62,923 nucleotides of DNA, filler included, from Candidatus Fermentibacterota bacterium (GCA_016928395.1; 5 parts of 5 records of this genome joined end to end with filler, not necessarily neighbours in it), one strand, 5' to 3'. Shown: positions 47,612 through 57,513, counted from the whole stretch's first letter. Notes: a model not told the origin generated them from the sequence alone. Numbers and translations: made by a program.

Positions 47612-50600
47612 GCGGAGAACTTCGGGTACAAGTACAAGTCGAACCAAGGGGACACGGCTCGGGTGATCAATGAGGTGGTGTGGAACGGGGAGATCGACAC
47701 GCTGTATGTGCAGCGGGGCCCCTTGCCGGAAGAGCCATGGTCAGAGTATCCCAGGCGCGGCACAGACTGCGACTCCAACTACATCGCGGATGAAGGGGTG
47801 TACCTGGCGCGGCTGGAGGTGGATGAGTTTGCGGATCCGGGGTTTGGGGCGGATGACACGCTGAAGCTGGAATCCACGAAGGCGATCGTGGTAGACCGGT
47901 CTGCCCCGTACGTGAAGAAGCTGGAGCTGTGGAACATCTGGCCGGGGGGAGGCGGGCCGGATACGACGATCATCCGGAAGGCGAAGTGGATCGACCATCC
48001 TACGGCTCCTGCGCTCCGTCAACTGGAGATCGAGACGCAGAACCCGATGAGTCTCGACACACTGGAAGTCGCCATCACCTTCGATCAGACTATGTGTCGC
48101 GACTCGCTGCAGATCAAGTATCGGCTGCAGAAGGAGGGCGGGCCTGCGTGGGCCATGAACATCGTGCGGTGGGACAGCATCGTGTACCCTGACGACGCGG
48201 TGGTGGCGCGGAGTGCGGTGGTGTGGACGGGCACGCTGCGGAGTGTGTATGCGGGGGAGTACGTGGTGGAGGTGCGAGGGTATGACACGGCCTTGAATAG
48301 GCTGGATGCGGATCCCTCGACGAAGGCGCAGCGAGGTGTCGGAGGGGCCTGGGAAGGCTACGAAGAGGGAATGAGAGATACCCCGCCATGGACAGACTGC
48401 AACCATAGCTTCGTGATCGAGCGCTGGCGCGACGTGTTGCTGCACATGGACGTGAGCGCGAGCGTGACGAATCCGGAGACCGGGGGGTGGGCATCGTCGG
48501 CCTACCACATGGCGGACAGTCTGCTGGCGCGGATAGAGCAGGATCATATCGACAGCGGGCGAGCTGACATGTGGCGGGCGGGGGTGACGCGGTACTTCGG
48601 GCACACGGATGGGAACTCGTGGGCGGTTCAGCTCTTGGCTGATGTGAGCCCGAACATCGAGTCGTCGCGGATCGCGCTTCAGCTTCTGTGGGTGGGGACG
48701 CCCTGCAGCAGCCAGGGGGAGCCGTTGGACAGCGTGGTGGCATACCTGGAGGATCCGGGGAATCACAGCATGCCGCGGCAGGTGGTGCTGTTCACGGACG
48801 GGGAGATGAACCGAGGGGTGTCGCGGGCGGAGCAAGAGGAGCTGTGGGTGAGGGCAGCGACGGACAGCACGTTCGGGTGCGGGACATTTTTGTATGCGAT
48901 CATGCCGGAAGCGAAGGCGCATCTGTCTGAGGGGATGTGCGCGGCCGTGGTGAGGAGCGGGGGCAGTTACCTGACGATCCCCGAGGGTGACATGATTGCG
49001 GGCTATCCCGGAGGGGTGTTGTACGAGGACCTCGTGCACAACAGCCGGATCTACGGGGCGCAGGGCGAGGGCGTGGTCACGCGCTCGACGCACTGGTTCA
49101 GGGTGGATGGGTTACGCGGGAGCCTGTTTCTCCTGGGGTCATGGGCCCCGTGGGGCTTGCAGTTGGCCCAGGGAGAGGTGGTCTGTGGAGGGCTGCCGAG
49201 GTGTGGGGAGTGCGGAGGCGAGGGGGTGACGCAGGATGCGGAAGCCCCGGTTTCAAAGGAGGAAGCCCCCGCGGTCGAGGCTGCGGGCATGTCGACCAGA
49301 GACGCGGAGGTGGGAGGGGGAGGAGAGGCAGATGATGAGGAGGAGGCGAGGGAAGACGGCATGCCGCGGCTGAGCATGACCCTGTACGATGCGGAGGGGG
49401 CGAGTGTGCCGCCGACGGGCACGATAGGGGGCAGCCTGGCATGGTGGGAGCTGAGCCCGACAGACGCGGACACGGGGCTGTGGCGCGTGGAGGTGAGCGG
49501 GGGGTCGGGTCCGTATGACCTGCGGGTGAGCGAGCGGGGCGGCGTGCGGATCGAGCTGGCGGGGAAGCGGCTGGCGGGGGTGAACATGGGATGCGACGTC
49601 AAGGTGTGCGTCGAGAGCGAGTGGCCGGTGCAGAGCCCGAGTTGGAGCCTGGTGGATGGCGAAGGCGCGACAGTAGCCGGCCTGAGCTTGTTCGATGACG
49701 GGCTGCACGGCGACGGCCTGTCGGGAGACGGGGTCTGGGGGGGAGCCCTGGCGGGGGTAGCCGAACGAGGGCTGTACCGGGTGCGGCTGCGGGGCGAGGT
49801 GAATGGGAGACCGATCGAGCGGGTGACGGGCGAGGGGTTGTGGGTGACGGAGCCTGAGTTCGAGTTCCTGACGCCGGCAGGGATCGACACGGTGGAGGGG
49901 TACTACCTGATCACCTGGGCGGACAGCAGCGAGTTCGCGGCCCAGATAGGGCTGTACTACGACACGGACAGCCTGGGAGCGGACGGGGTGCTGATCGAGG
50001 GGGGCATCGAGGAAGATGCGGACGGCACGGGGGATGAGTACCTGTGGAACACGCTGTCGGTGCCCGAGGGGAGGTACTGGGTATATGCGGTGATAGTGGA
50101 TATGGTAGGGCCTGGGCGGGTCGTGTACAGCCCCGGGAATCTCGTGCTGAGGCGGGAGTATCCGGCGGGATGGCCAGCAGAGGTGGGAGGGGTGATCCGG
50201 GCGCCGGTGACGGTGGCTGATCTTGATGGGGACGGGACGGCGGAAGTGGTAGTAGGCGCCCTTGACAGTCTCTTGTACGCGTTCCAGCACGATGGCACGC
50301 ATCGACCCGGGTTTCCGGTACCGTGTCAAGGAGCGATCACCGCCGGGGTTGCGGTGGGCGATGTGGACGGAGATGGGTTGAAGGAGATCATGGTAGCGAC
50401 CGGGGACTATCTGGGGCCTGCATGGGTGTGGGTGCTGGACGATGGGGGGAATGTGAAGACTGGATGGCCGGTGATGACGACGCAAGGCACGAAGGGCACG
50501 CCGCTCGTGGTGAACCTGGTGGGGCCCGCGAACAGTCCCCCGGAGATCGTCGTGGCGGGGTACGATAGCCTCGTGAATGCCTGGACCGGGGATGGGAGCC

Positions 50601-51778
50601 CGGTGCCTGGCTGGCCGGTGCGGCTGAGCGGGATGATCCAGAACAGCTCGCCAGTGGGCGGCGATATCGACTGGGACGGGCAGGACGAGGTCGTGGTGAC
50701 GCGGACTCAGGGAGAGCCGATGACGCAGGGAGCGATCGTGGCGATAGAGACAGACGGCACGATCAAGTGGGAGAAGGCGATGCCGAGCTATGTGTGGAGT
50801 ACGCCGGTTTTGTGGGATGTGGACAGAGATCGGAAGCCGGAGGTGATCGTGGTGACCTCAGGAGCTACAGGGCGGCTGTATGCGCTGAACGGGGAAAACG
50901 GGAGCGATGCGCCGGGATGGAGCGGGGGAAAGGACATCGGGCAAGGGTCATGGGCATCGCCTGCGGTGGGGTATCTGAATCAGACGGACGAGCCGAGGAT
51001 CGTGGTGGTGAACGGGCAGGGCAGAGTGCGAGCATACAGCAGTACAGGGGATAGTCTGGCGAATTGGGGGGACGACGTGACGAACTACCTGGTGAGGACC
51101 GCGCCGGTGATTGCGGACATCGATGGCGACATGATGACCGAGATCCTGCTGGCCGCGAGGTATCGGCTGTACGTGCTGGCGGGGGCTACGGGGGACACGA
51201 TCAGCCTGTACACCAAGCCGCTGGAGACCGACACCTACTCCACGGTCGGTGTCGCAGACCTGGACGGGGATGGCGATCTGGAGATAGTGGCGGCGGACGG
51301 AGCGGTGATTCGGTGCTGGGACATCGCAGGGAGCGTGTGGGCTGCGGGGCAGGAGTGGCCGCAGTTCAAGCGGGACGAGGGTAAGACGGGCCGATATCGG
51401 GAGAGCGCAAGTCCCCAGGCGCCGGCAGTGGAAACCATCGAGGTGGTGGGGCCGGACAGCCTGCGCATACGGTGGGGAACAGTGCACAACGATGTGTACG
51501 GGCGTCCGGAGTGGCTGCGGCGCTACCGTGTGTATCGGGGAAGCGCACCGTACCAGGCGACCTGGGGCACGCAGGTAGGGCTGGTGAATGCGCCGGACAC
51601 AACGCTTGTGGAGCTGCCGGGCACGGTGAATGATCCGACTCTGAGCAGCTACTACCGGGTTCGAGCTGAGGACCTGTACGGGAACCAGTCAGCGCTTTCT
51701 GACGAGACCGTGGGGGAGTTCGAGCGGAGCACCGGGGCGGCGAAGGGGAAGGAGAAGGTGGGAGCGACCCGGCGATAG
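47612..51778 (+). CDS. Large surface protein (5' truncated): Ig-like, VWA, choice-of-anchor-X-like motif, FG-GAP propeller and C-terminal FN3-like domain
   Basis: MIDAS DVSAS and LFTDG; LFDDGLHGDG.SGDGVWG; repeated (A/G)D(L/V/I)DGDG..E(I/V)VV with PGWPV; C-terminal ...SDETVGEFE. Confidence 0.85.
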   Translation, partial: AENFGYKYKSNQGDTARVINEVVWNGEIDTLYVQRGPLPEEPWSEYPRRGTDCDSNYIADEGVYLARLEVDEFADPGFGADDTLKLESTKAIVVDRSAPYVKKLELWNIWPGGGGPDTTIIRKAKWIDHPTAPALRQLEIETQNPMSLDTLEVAITFDQTMCRDSLQIKYRLQKEGGPAWAMNIVRWDSIVYPDDAVVARSAVVWTGTLRSVYAGEYVVEVRGYDTALNRLDADPSTKAQRGVGGAWEGYEEGMRDTPPWTDCNHSFVIERWRDVLLHMDVSASVTNPETGGWASSAYHMADSLLARIEQDHIDSGRADMWRAGVTRYFGHTDGNSWAVQLLADVSPNIESSRIALQLLWVGTPCSSQGEPLDSVVAYLEDPGNHSMPRQVVLFTDGEMNRGVSRAEQEELWVRAATDSTFGCGTFLYAIMPEAKAHLSEGMCAAVVRSGGSYLTIPEGDMIAGYPGGVLYEDLVHNSRIYGAQGEGVVTRSTHWFRVDGLRGSLFLLGSWAPWGLQLAQGEVVCGGLPRCGECGGEGVTQDAEAPVSKEEAPAVEAAGMSTRDAEVGGGGEADDEEEAREDGMPRLSMTLYDAEGASVPPTGTIGGSLAWWELSPTDADTGLWRVEVSGGSGPYDLRVSERGGVRIELAGKRLAGVNMGCDVKVCVESEWPVQSPSWSLVDGEGATVAGLSLFDDGLHGDGLSGDGVWGGALAGVAERGLYRVRLRGEVNGRPIERVTGEGLWVTEPEFEFLTPAGIDTVEGYYLITWADSSEFAAQIGLYYDTDSLGADGVLIEGGIEEDADGTGDEYLWNTLSVPEGRYWVYAVIVDMVGPGRVVYSPGNLVLRREYPAGWPAEVGGVIRAPVTVADLDGDGTAEVVVGALDSLLYAFQHDGTHRPGFPVPCQGAITAGVAVGDVDGDGLKEIMVATGDYLGPAWVWVLDDGGNVKTGWPVMTTQGTKGTPLVVNLVGPANSPPEIVVAGYDSLVNAWTGDGSPVPGWPVRLSGMIQNSSPVGGDIDWDGQDEVVVTRTQGEPMTQGAIVAIETDGTIKWEKAMPSYVWSTPVLWDVDRDRKPEVIVVTSGATGRLYALNGENGSDAPGWSGGKDIGQGSWASPAVGYLNQTDEPRIVVVNGQGRVRAYSSTGDSLANWGDDVTNYLVRTAPVIADIDGDMMTEILLAARYRLYVLAGATGDTISLYTKPLETDTYSTVGVADLDGDGDLEIVAADGAVIRCWDIAGSVWAAGQEWPQFKRDEGKTGRYRESASPQAPAVETIEVVGPDSLRIRWGTVHNDVYGRPEWLRRYRVYRGSAPYQATWGTQVGLVNAPDTTLVELPGTVNDPTLSSYYRVRAEDLYGNQSALSDETVGEFERSTGAAKGKEKVGATRR

Positions 51779-51833
51779 GGACTCGCGCCCTGGCCGACCC
51801 GGATGGACTCGCCGGCCGTCGGGTGGCCCCAAT

Positions 51834-52511
51834 TCACTCTCGGCGCGGTTTGGCAAAGACCTGACAGCGGTTCAGGGAATCCAGATACACATCCACAGCA
51901 AGATCAAGCCCCACATCCGCCATGACCTCAGGGTAGGTGCCACGCCAGTTGTGCGAATCTCGTGCGCCGAGCACGGTCAGTGACCAGATCAGGGAGGTGT
52001 ACCCGATTCGAGGCCGGCTCCATTCCACGAGGGCGAGGAAACCACCTGGGCGAAGGACGCGGGCAGATTCAGCCAAAGTGTGCGTCAGCTCGTCCTCGGG
52101 GAGAGCATGGAGTACCTGACTGATGCCGATGGCGTCGATGCTGTTGTCCTCGAAGGGCAACTCTCGAATCGAGGCCTGACGCAGTTCGATGGGAACCGAA
52201 GACGCCGTGACCTTCTCCCGAGCGCGTCTGAGCTGGCGCTCCGAAAGATCAATGCCCACAATCCGTCCCTGACCACTCATTCGGTCCGCGAGAGCCAATG
52301 ATAGCGATCCCGTTCCACATCCCAGGTCGAGCACGGTCATACCCGGCTGGATCGGCATCGCCCATGCCGCACGCCGATAGTAGCCAGGACCGTATCCGGT
52401 CAGTCGCGCTGCAAGATCGTAGATCGCACCACTGAGGAATCCGTCGAAGCTCTCCCGTATCTCATGCATGGGAGCTCCAGGCAGGTCGTTCCCTTTCGCT
52501 TCTCTCGTCAC
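51834..52511 (-). CDS. Class I SAM-dependent methyltransferase (UbiE-like)
   Basis: VLDLGCGTG, GIDLS, LPFEDNS.D, RVLRPGG. Confidence 0.88.
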   Translation of the reverse strand: MTREAKGNDLPGAPMHEIRESFDGFLSGAIYDLAARLTGYGPGYYRRAAWAMPIQPGMTVLDLGCGTGSLSLALADRMSGQGRIVGIDLSERQLRRAREKVTASSVPIELRQASIRELPFEDNSIDAIGISQVLHALPEDELTHTLAESARVLRPGGFLALVEWSRPRIGYTSLIWSLTVLGARDSHNWRGTYPEVMADVGLDLAVDVYLDSLNRCQVFAKPRRE

Positions 52512-52543
52512 TCTCTCGCTCTCTCTCCTCTTTCTCGGACCTC

Positions 52544-54379
52544 TCAGGCAGGCATGCCCAAGAGGATCAGCAGAGCGATGATCATGCCCATGAGGCTGGA
52601 GCCGGCGATGCCGGCAGCGCCGATCACGAACTGGTATTCATCCATCTGCTTCGGTATGGCGAGCTTGAGGATGAAGTAGATGGCTGCGCCCAGAAAGATC
52701 GCGAACGAATAGCTGAAGGGGATGATCATGGCCACGCCGATACCCACCGGGGAGGGTATCCACGTTCGTACCTTCGCATTGTTCTCGAGGATGCCCAGGA
52801 GCACGCCGAGCCCTGCGCCCATGAGCATGGCGGTCACCGCATAGGCGGGCAGCGCGCCAAAACCTTTGGCGAACAGCTCTGCCAGGGCCGCGAAGCGGAA
52901 GGCCGAGGGGGCGGGCATGAGCTCAGTACCCAGCTCGTAGGAGTGAAAGATCAACAGTAGCATGGGCACGGCCACCGCAGACCCGACCAAGACGCCCCAG
53001 ATCTGCGCCATCACCTGCCGCTTGGGTGTCGCGCCGACAAGCCACCCAGTCTTCAGATCCTGCATCATGTCGCCAGCCTCGGAGGCGCCAGCCCCGGCCA
53101 CGCCGGCCAGAGTCAGATTCGCCTGGATGTTGGCAGGCATGATTGCGCCGACGATGAGCTGGTTCATGCTGGCGAAGGCCGACACAGGATTGACCTCGGT
53201 CTGGCCGATGCACCGCACGGCGATGGCGGCCATCACAAACGAGAGCACTATCGAGAGCATGGTCAGCCACCAGGGGATGTGAAAACCCAGGGCCATGACC
53301 ATGATGCACAGAAGCGATGAACCCAAGACCCAGAAAACCCAGGTCTTGAACCCCATCTCCAGGGCATCGTTCGCCCCTCCCTTGCCGATGGCCATCATGG
53401 AGCGGAAGGTGCCCGCCACAACCCGCCATTTCAAGGCCAGCGCGGTGAGGCCGGCGGCAATCATGATGGTGACGCCGGGCCACATGGTCCAGGCCATGAT
53501 GGGGCGATAGGCTGAACCCGCTTCGGGCAGGATCACGATGCCCTGGTTCACCAGAACGGGCCCCAGCACCGGCCAGGCGATGATGGCTCCCAGCAGGAGC
53601 GAAAGGCCGATGCGAACGCCCACGAGGAAGCCCGCCCCGAGAAGCAGGGGATCCCATGCCATACCGAGAACGAGCCGGTTCGCGGCGATGCCGGCCCACT
53701 CGCCGGCCTGCAGCGAGACCCCGGTCATGATCCGAGGAACGCCTTCCTGGAGCCACTTGATCAATGCGGACAGTAGCATGAAGCAGCCCAGAACGCCGCC
53801 GTGCTTCTTGGCCTCCTCACCCTTGCCGTGAAGGTTGCGCATGATCTCCGCGCAGGCCGTGCCCGAGGGGAAGCGCAGCTTCTCCTCAACCACGACTTGC
53901 TTGCGCAGCGGGATGGCGAAGAACACGCCGATCAGCGAGGTCGAGAAGACGTAGAGCATGACCTGCCACCACGTCATGGCCCGCGGAATCGTACCGGCGG
54001 CGGCCATGATCACGAAGGCTGGTACGACGTTGACGATATTGCCGATGGAACCGGCTGCCGACCCGACTGTCTGCGTGATGTTGTTCTCAAGAATGGAGTA
54101 GCGCGACTTCAAGGCCTTGAACACCACCAGGCCCATGATGGCGGCGATGATGGAGCCACCTTCTCCGAAGCCCGTCTTCAACCCCATGTAGATGTTCACT
54201 GCCACCAGCAGAATGCCGATGGCGCAGCCGACCAGCATGGCACGGAGCGTGTACTCAGGCATGCGGTCGCCCTGATAGACGTTGGTCCTCCAGTATTCTT
54301 CGGTCCACTGGTCCGGCGGGGCAAGATGATCAGTCGGGATCGGTCGACTGGATTCCGGCATCGTGACCTCCTGCGGCAT
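52544..54379 (-). CDS. OPT family oligopeptide transporter
   Basis: TLRA, N.YMGLKTG, ENNITQT, PLRKQ, L.FPSG.A.A, DMMQDLKTG..VGATP..Q, PAP.A. Confidence 0.93.
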   Translation of the reverse strand: MPQEVTMPESSRPIPTDHLAPPDQWTEEYWRTNVYQGDRMPEYTLRAMLVGCAIGILLVAVNIYMGLKTGFGEGGSIIAAIMGLVVFKALKSRYSILENNITQTVGSAAGSIGNIVNVVPAFVIMAAAGTIPRAMTWWQVMLYVFSTSLIGVFFAIPLRKQVVVEEKLRFPSGTACAEIMRNLHGKGEEAKKHGGVLGCFMLLSALIKWLQEGVPRIMTGVSLQAGEWAGIAANRLVLGMAWDPLLLGAGFLVGVRIGLSLLLGAIIAWPVLGPVLVNQGIVILPEAGSAYRPIMAWTMWPGVTIMIAAGLTALALKWRVVAGTFRSMMAIGKGGANDALEMGFKTWVFWVLGSSLLCIMVMALGFHIPWWLTMLSIVLSFVMAAIAVRCIGQTEVNPVSAFASMNQLIVGAIMPANIQANLTLAGVAGAGASEAGDMMQDLKTGWLVGATPKRQVMAQIWGVLVGSAVAVPMLLLIFHSYELGTELMPAPSAFRFAALAELFAKGFGALPAYAVTAMLMGAGLGVLLGILENNAKVRTWIPSPVGIGVAMIIPFSYSFAIFLGAAIYFILKLAIPKQMDEYQFVIGAAGIAGSSLMGMIIALLILLGMPA

Positions 54380-54545
54380 GGGGAGCGGGTCTCTGAGCTA
54401 TCCGTCGGCTGAGTTACACCCCGGCGGGGCTATCGACAAGTCTCGTGCCCCGCAGCCGGATGACGCCGTTGACGGCATGCCCCCCCGGTGCGTACCCTGT
54501 GCGCGAACCGCTTCGTTGAATCACCGATTGGCCCACGGAGACACC

Positions 54546-55850
54546 ATGCCCCCTCCCCTCATGCTCATGGCTGACAGCCACGGCGCCATGTTCGAGCATC
54601 CCGAGGTTCTCATGGCGGGAGCCAGCGGCACGCATCCGGTGGCGCCGTCTTCCTCCACGATCCGGCCGGTTCCGGCCTATACGAAGCTGTTCTTCCTTCC
54701 CGGCTGCGCTCCCGTGGGGCTCGACCCATCAACCGGGAAGCCGGTCACTGTGCGGTCATTTCGCGGGCGACGCGTCTGTGCGGTGGCCTCGTTCCTTCCA
54801 CCCGGGCATCTGCGGTTGCTCCTCCCCGCCGCCTTGCCTGCGCCCCGTACTGCGGCCTTTCCGTTGTGGGCCTACTCGGCCGTAGGGTGGGACGGAGGCA
54901 TGGTCGCGCCCTATGTGACGCTGGATGCCACACCTCGATGGAGCCCCGAGAACTACGACGACAGAGATCTTCTTCCCACCATCGAGCCGCTTCGGCGTGC
55001 CTTGCGCCCGAACCGACTCCTTGACCATCTGGTGCGTTGCGCCACGGAGTATCATTGCTTTGCCGCCAAGAATCTGTTCCTGGGCCGGTGGGAAGCCCCC
55101 CTTCCGGTGAGCAGGCGCTGCAATGCGGCGTGCTTGGGCTGCCTCTCCCTTCAGCCACCCGATGGATGCGCCCCCTCCCACGACAGGATCGCTTTCACAC
55201 CTACCGTCGATGAGGTAGCCCGCATTGCCGTTCACCATCTCGATCAGGCCGAAGACCCTATCGTAAGTTTCGGGCAAGGGTGCGAAGGGGAACCGTTGAC
55301 CGAGGCGGACCTTATAGAGGAGAGCATCTATCGGATCCGGGCATGCACTCTGCGGGGCGTCGTCAACCTGAACACCAATGGCTACAGCGCTGAGCTGCTT
55401 CGGAGGCTGGTCACCGCAGGGCTCGATTCGGTACGCGTCAGCATGGCATCGGCCAGGCCTGATGTGTTTGCGGCCTATCACAAACCTGCGGGCTTCTCAC
55501 TGGCCGACGTAGAGGAGGCTGTGACCGCAGCCGGGGAATGCGGTGCGTTCACCATGCTGAACTATCTTGTGTTTCCCGGCGTCACCGATCAGCCCGAGGA
55601 GATGGAGGCGCTCATCAGACTGGTCCGGGCCACAGGGATTCGCTTCATTCACTTGAAGAACCTCAACATTGATCCCTGGTTTTATGTTGCCCGAATAGGA
55701 GCAAATCTCTGGTCCCCGGGAGTCGGCATGGAGCATTTCGTCCAAGAGCTGCGGGCCGAGTTGCCAGGGGTCGAGCTGGGATACTTCAACCGGTGGGAGA
55801 TCTCCCCCGGTGTCCGGGGGAACAAGGCCATGGAGGATGCTGATGGGTGA
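54546..55850 (+). CDS. Radical SAM protein of unknown function
   Basis: CNAACLGC (CxxxCxxC), SFGQGCEGEP, NTNG, GLDS.RVS; extra N-terminal domain. Confidence 0.88.
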   Translation: MPPPLMLMADSHGAMFEHPEVLMAGASGTHPVAPSSSTIRPVPAYTKLFFLPGCAPVGLDPSTGKPVTVRSFRGRRVCAVASFLPPGHLRLLLPAALPAPRTAAFPLWAYSAVGWDGGMVAPYVTLDATPRWSPENYDDRDLLPTIEPLRRALRPNRLLDHLVRCATEYHCFAAKNLFLGRWEAPLPVSRRCNAACLGCLSLQPPDGCAPSHDRIAFTPTVDEVARIAVHHLDQAEDPIVSFGQGCEGEPLTEADLIEESIYRIRACTLRGVVNLNTNGYSAELLRRLVTAGLDSVRVSMASARPDVFAAYHKPAGFSLADVEEAVTAAGECGAFTMLNYLVFPGVTDQPEEMEALIRLVRATGIRFIHLKNLNIDPWFYVARIGANLWSPGVGMEHFVQELRAELPGVELGYFNRWEISPGVRGNKAMEDADG

Positions 55851-56280
55851 CATACGAGATGAACTGCTCAAAGCCGGCCTGATCTCCGAGCGGGCATCCC
55901 AGGAGATCGCCCGCGCCCGTAGGGCCGAGCGCCGACAGGGGGAATCATCGCCCGATGGTCTCCCGGAACCGGCCGACAGCCGTGCCGCCGAGGAACCTGG
56001 ACAGGAGCCCGGGGCTCTGGTAGTCCCTCCAGTGGAGATCATTCGAAAGGGGATGGTGACCCCGGCTCCCGGGAACAAGCGGTTTCATTTCGTGGATCGT
56101 TCCGGGCAGATCCCGTTTCTTGAACTGGGCGAAGACACCCACCGGAAGCTCATCAATGGGGTTTTGGCTATCGTCGAGTCATGCGGCGCAACCAGCGACG
56201 AGTTCGTGGTGGTAACGGAAGACACCGCCCGATCCTTGGCCCGCAGAGCCCCTGACACGATCCGCTTCTGGAACAGATGA
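55843..56280 (+). CDS. DUF2058 (YaiL-like) family protein
   Basis: MGDIRDELLKAGL N-terminus; FHFV...G.I..L......KL..G.LAIV. Confidence 0.7.
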   Translation: MGDIRDELLKAGLISERASQEIARARRAERRQGESSPDGLPEPADSRAAEEPGQEPGALVVPPVEIIRKGMVTPAPGNKRFHFVDRSGQIPFLELGEDTHRKLINGVLAIVESCGATSDEFVVVTEDTARSLARRAPDTIRFWNR

Positions 56281-56356
56281 GTGCAGTCGGCCCGCCCGAG
56301 CATCCAACGGCGCCGGACCACGCTGCGAGGGAAAGGCGAACGGCGAGGACGATAGA

Positions 56357-56466
56357 GAGGTGAAGAAGTAAGGGGGTGAAGAGGTGAAGGAGGGAAGAGG
56401 CCGTCTCCTCACTCCTCAGGCCTTGCCCTGGGCTACGGACTGAGAACTGACAACTGCGAATTGCGA
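56357..56466. repeat. Octamer and heptamer tandem repeat tracts
   Basis: GAGGTGAA-like x5 (56357-56396); ACTGAGA ACTGACA ACTGCGA ATTGCGA (56439-56466). Confidence 0.75.
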
Positions 56467-56520
56467 GCCACGCGAAGCTGACTTTGAACACGCACCCCAC
56501 GCGACGGAAGCGAGGACGAG

Positions 56521-57306
56521 ATGAAGATCCTGTGCTGGAACGTGAACGGTATCCGCGCTATCCATGGCAAGGGCTTCACGGAATGGCTCCTCCGGGAAGG
56601 GGCGGATGTGGTCTGCCTGCAGGAAACGAAGGCCCATCCCTCCCAGCTTGACCCTTCGCTCATCGCGCCCGCCGGCTACCGATCGTGGTGGTCTTCGGCG
56701 GAGCGCAAGGGCTATAGCGGCGTCGCGGTCTACTCCAAGACTGAACCCCTCTCCGTTACCGAGGGCCTGGGGATCGAGGAATTCGATCGCGAGGGCAGAA
56801 CTCTGGTCGTGGACTTCGGCGGGTGTGTTCTCCTCAACCTTTACTTCCCCAACGGAGGAGATGAGAACCGCCGGGTACCCTTCAAGCTGTCTTTCTGTGA
56901 CGCGCTTCTCGAAAAGGCCCATGGGCTTCGCAGGGCCGGGCGCTCTCTGGTGATCTGTGGCGATTTCAACACAGCCCACAAGGAGATAGATCTGGCAAGG
57001 CCTAAGGAGAATGTCACCAACACGGGCTTTCTTCCCGAGGAGCGGGCATGGATCGATCGGTTCGTGGCCCACGGATTCGTGGATACGCTCCGGGTGTTCC
57101 ACCCCGAGCCGGGGCAGTATACCTGGTGGGACTACAAGACCTATGCCAGAAAGCGGAACGTGGGCTGGCGCCTGGACTACTTCTTCGTCTCAGAGGATCT
57201 AATCCTCCATCTGCGGGAAGCCTTCATCCAGCCCGAGGTCATGGGTTCGGACCACTGCCCCGTGGGCATCGTCCTTGCCGACGAGGCCATGAGTCCCTCC
57301 CGGTGA
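56521..57306 (+). CDS. xth: Exodeoxyribonuclease III
   Basis: WNVNGIRA, CLQETK, GYSGVA, EGR, YFPNG, GDFNTAH, YTWW, GWRLDY, SDHCP. Confidence 0.96.
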   Translation: MKILCWNVNGIRAIHGKGFTEWLLREGADVVCLQETKAHPSQLDPSLIAPAGYRSWWSSAERKGYSGVAVYSKTEPLSVTEGLGIEEFDREGRTLVVDFGGCVLLNLYFPNGGDENRRVPFKLSFCDALLEKAHGLRRAGRSLVICGDFNTAHKEIDLARPKENVTNTGFLPEERAWIDRFVAHGFVDTLRVFHPEPGQYTWWDYKTYARKRNVGWRLDYFFVSEDLILHLREAFIQPEVMGSDHCPVGIVLADEAMSPSR

Positions 57307-57491
57307 GGCCCTGGCCGCTGGTGGCCTTGGCTTCTTCGCGTTCCCCCGACGGTGTTCCCTCACCGGCATGTCGTGCAGTCAACTCAGGGCGTCCAACGTT
57401 GCCAGCGAATCAGGACCACACGCACGATGCATGATCGAAAACCCCTTCCATGCGGCGGGTCGCTGCATGGCTTACCTGAACCCGAATCTCC

Positions 57492-57513
57492 ACTATTCTA
57501 ATATTAGAATAGT
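57492..57513. promoter_or_regulatory. Perfect 22-bp palindrome ACTATTCTAATATTAGAATAGT, operator candidate
   Basis: Perfect inverted repeat in intergenic DNA about 85 nt upstream of the methyltransferase; near-identical copy at 2940-2959. Confidence 0.7.

Noticed and set aside
52491-52543. CT-rich low-complexity tract between OPT and the methyltransferase
   Set aside because: A purine-rich leader and RBS region on the coding strand without a regular repeat unit.
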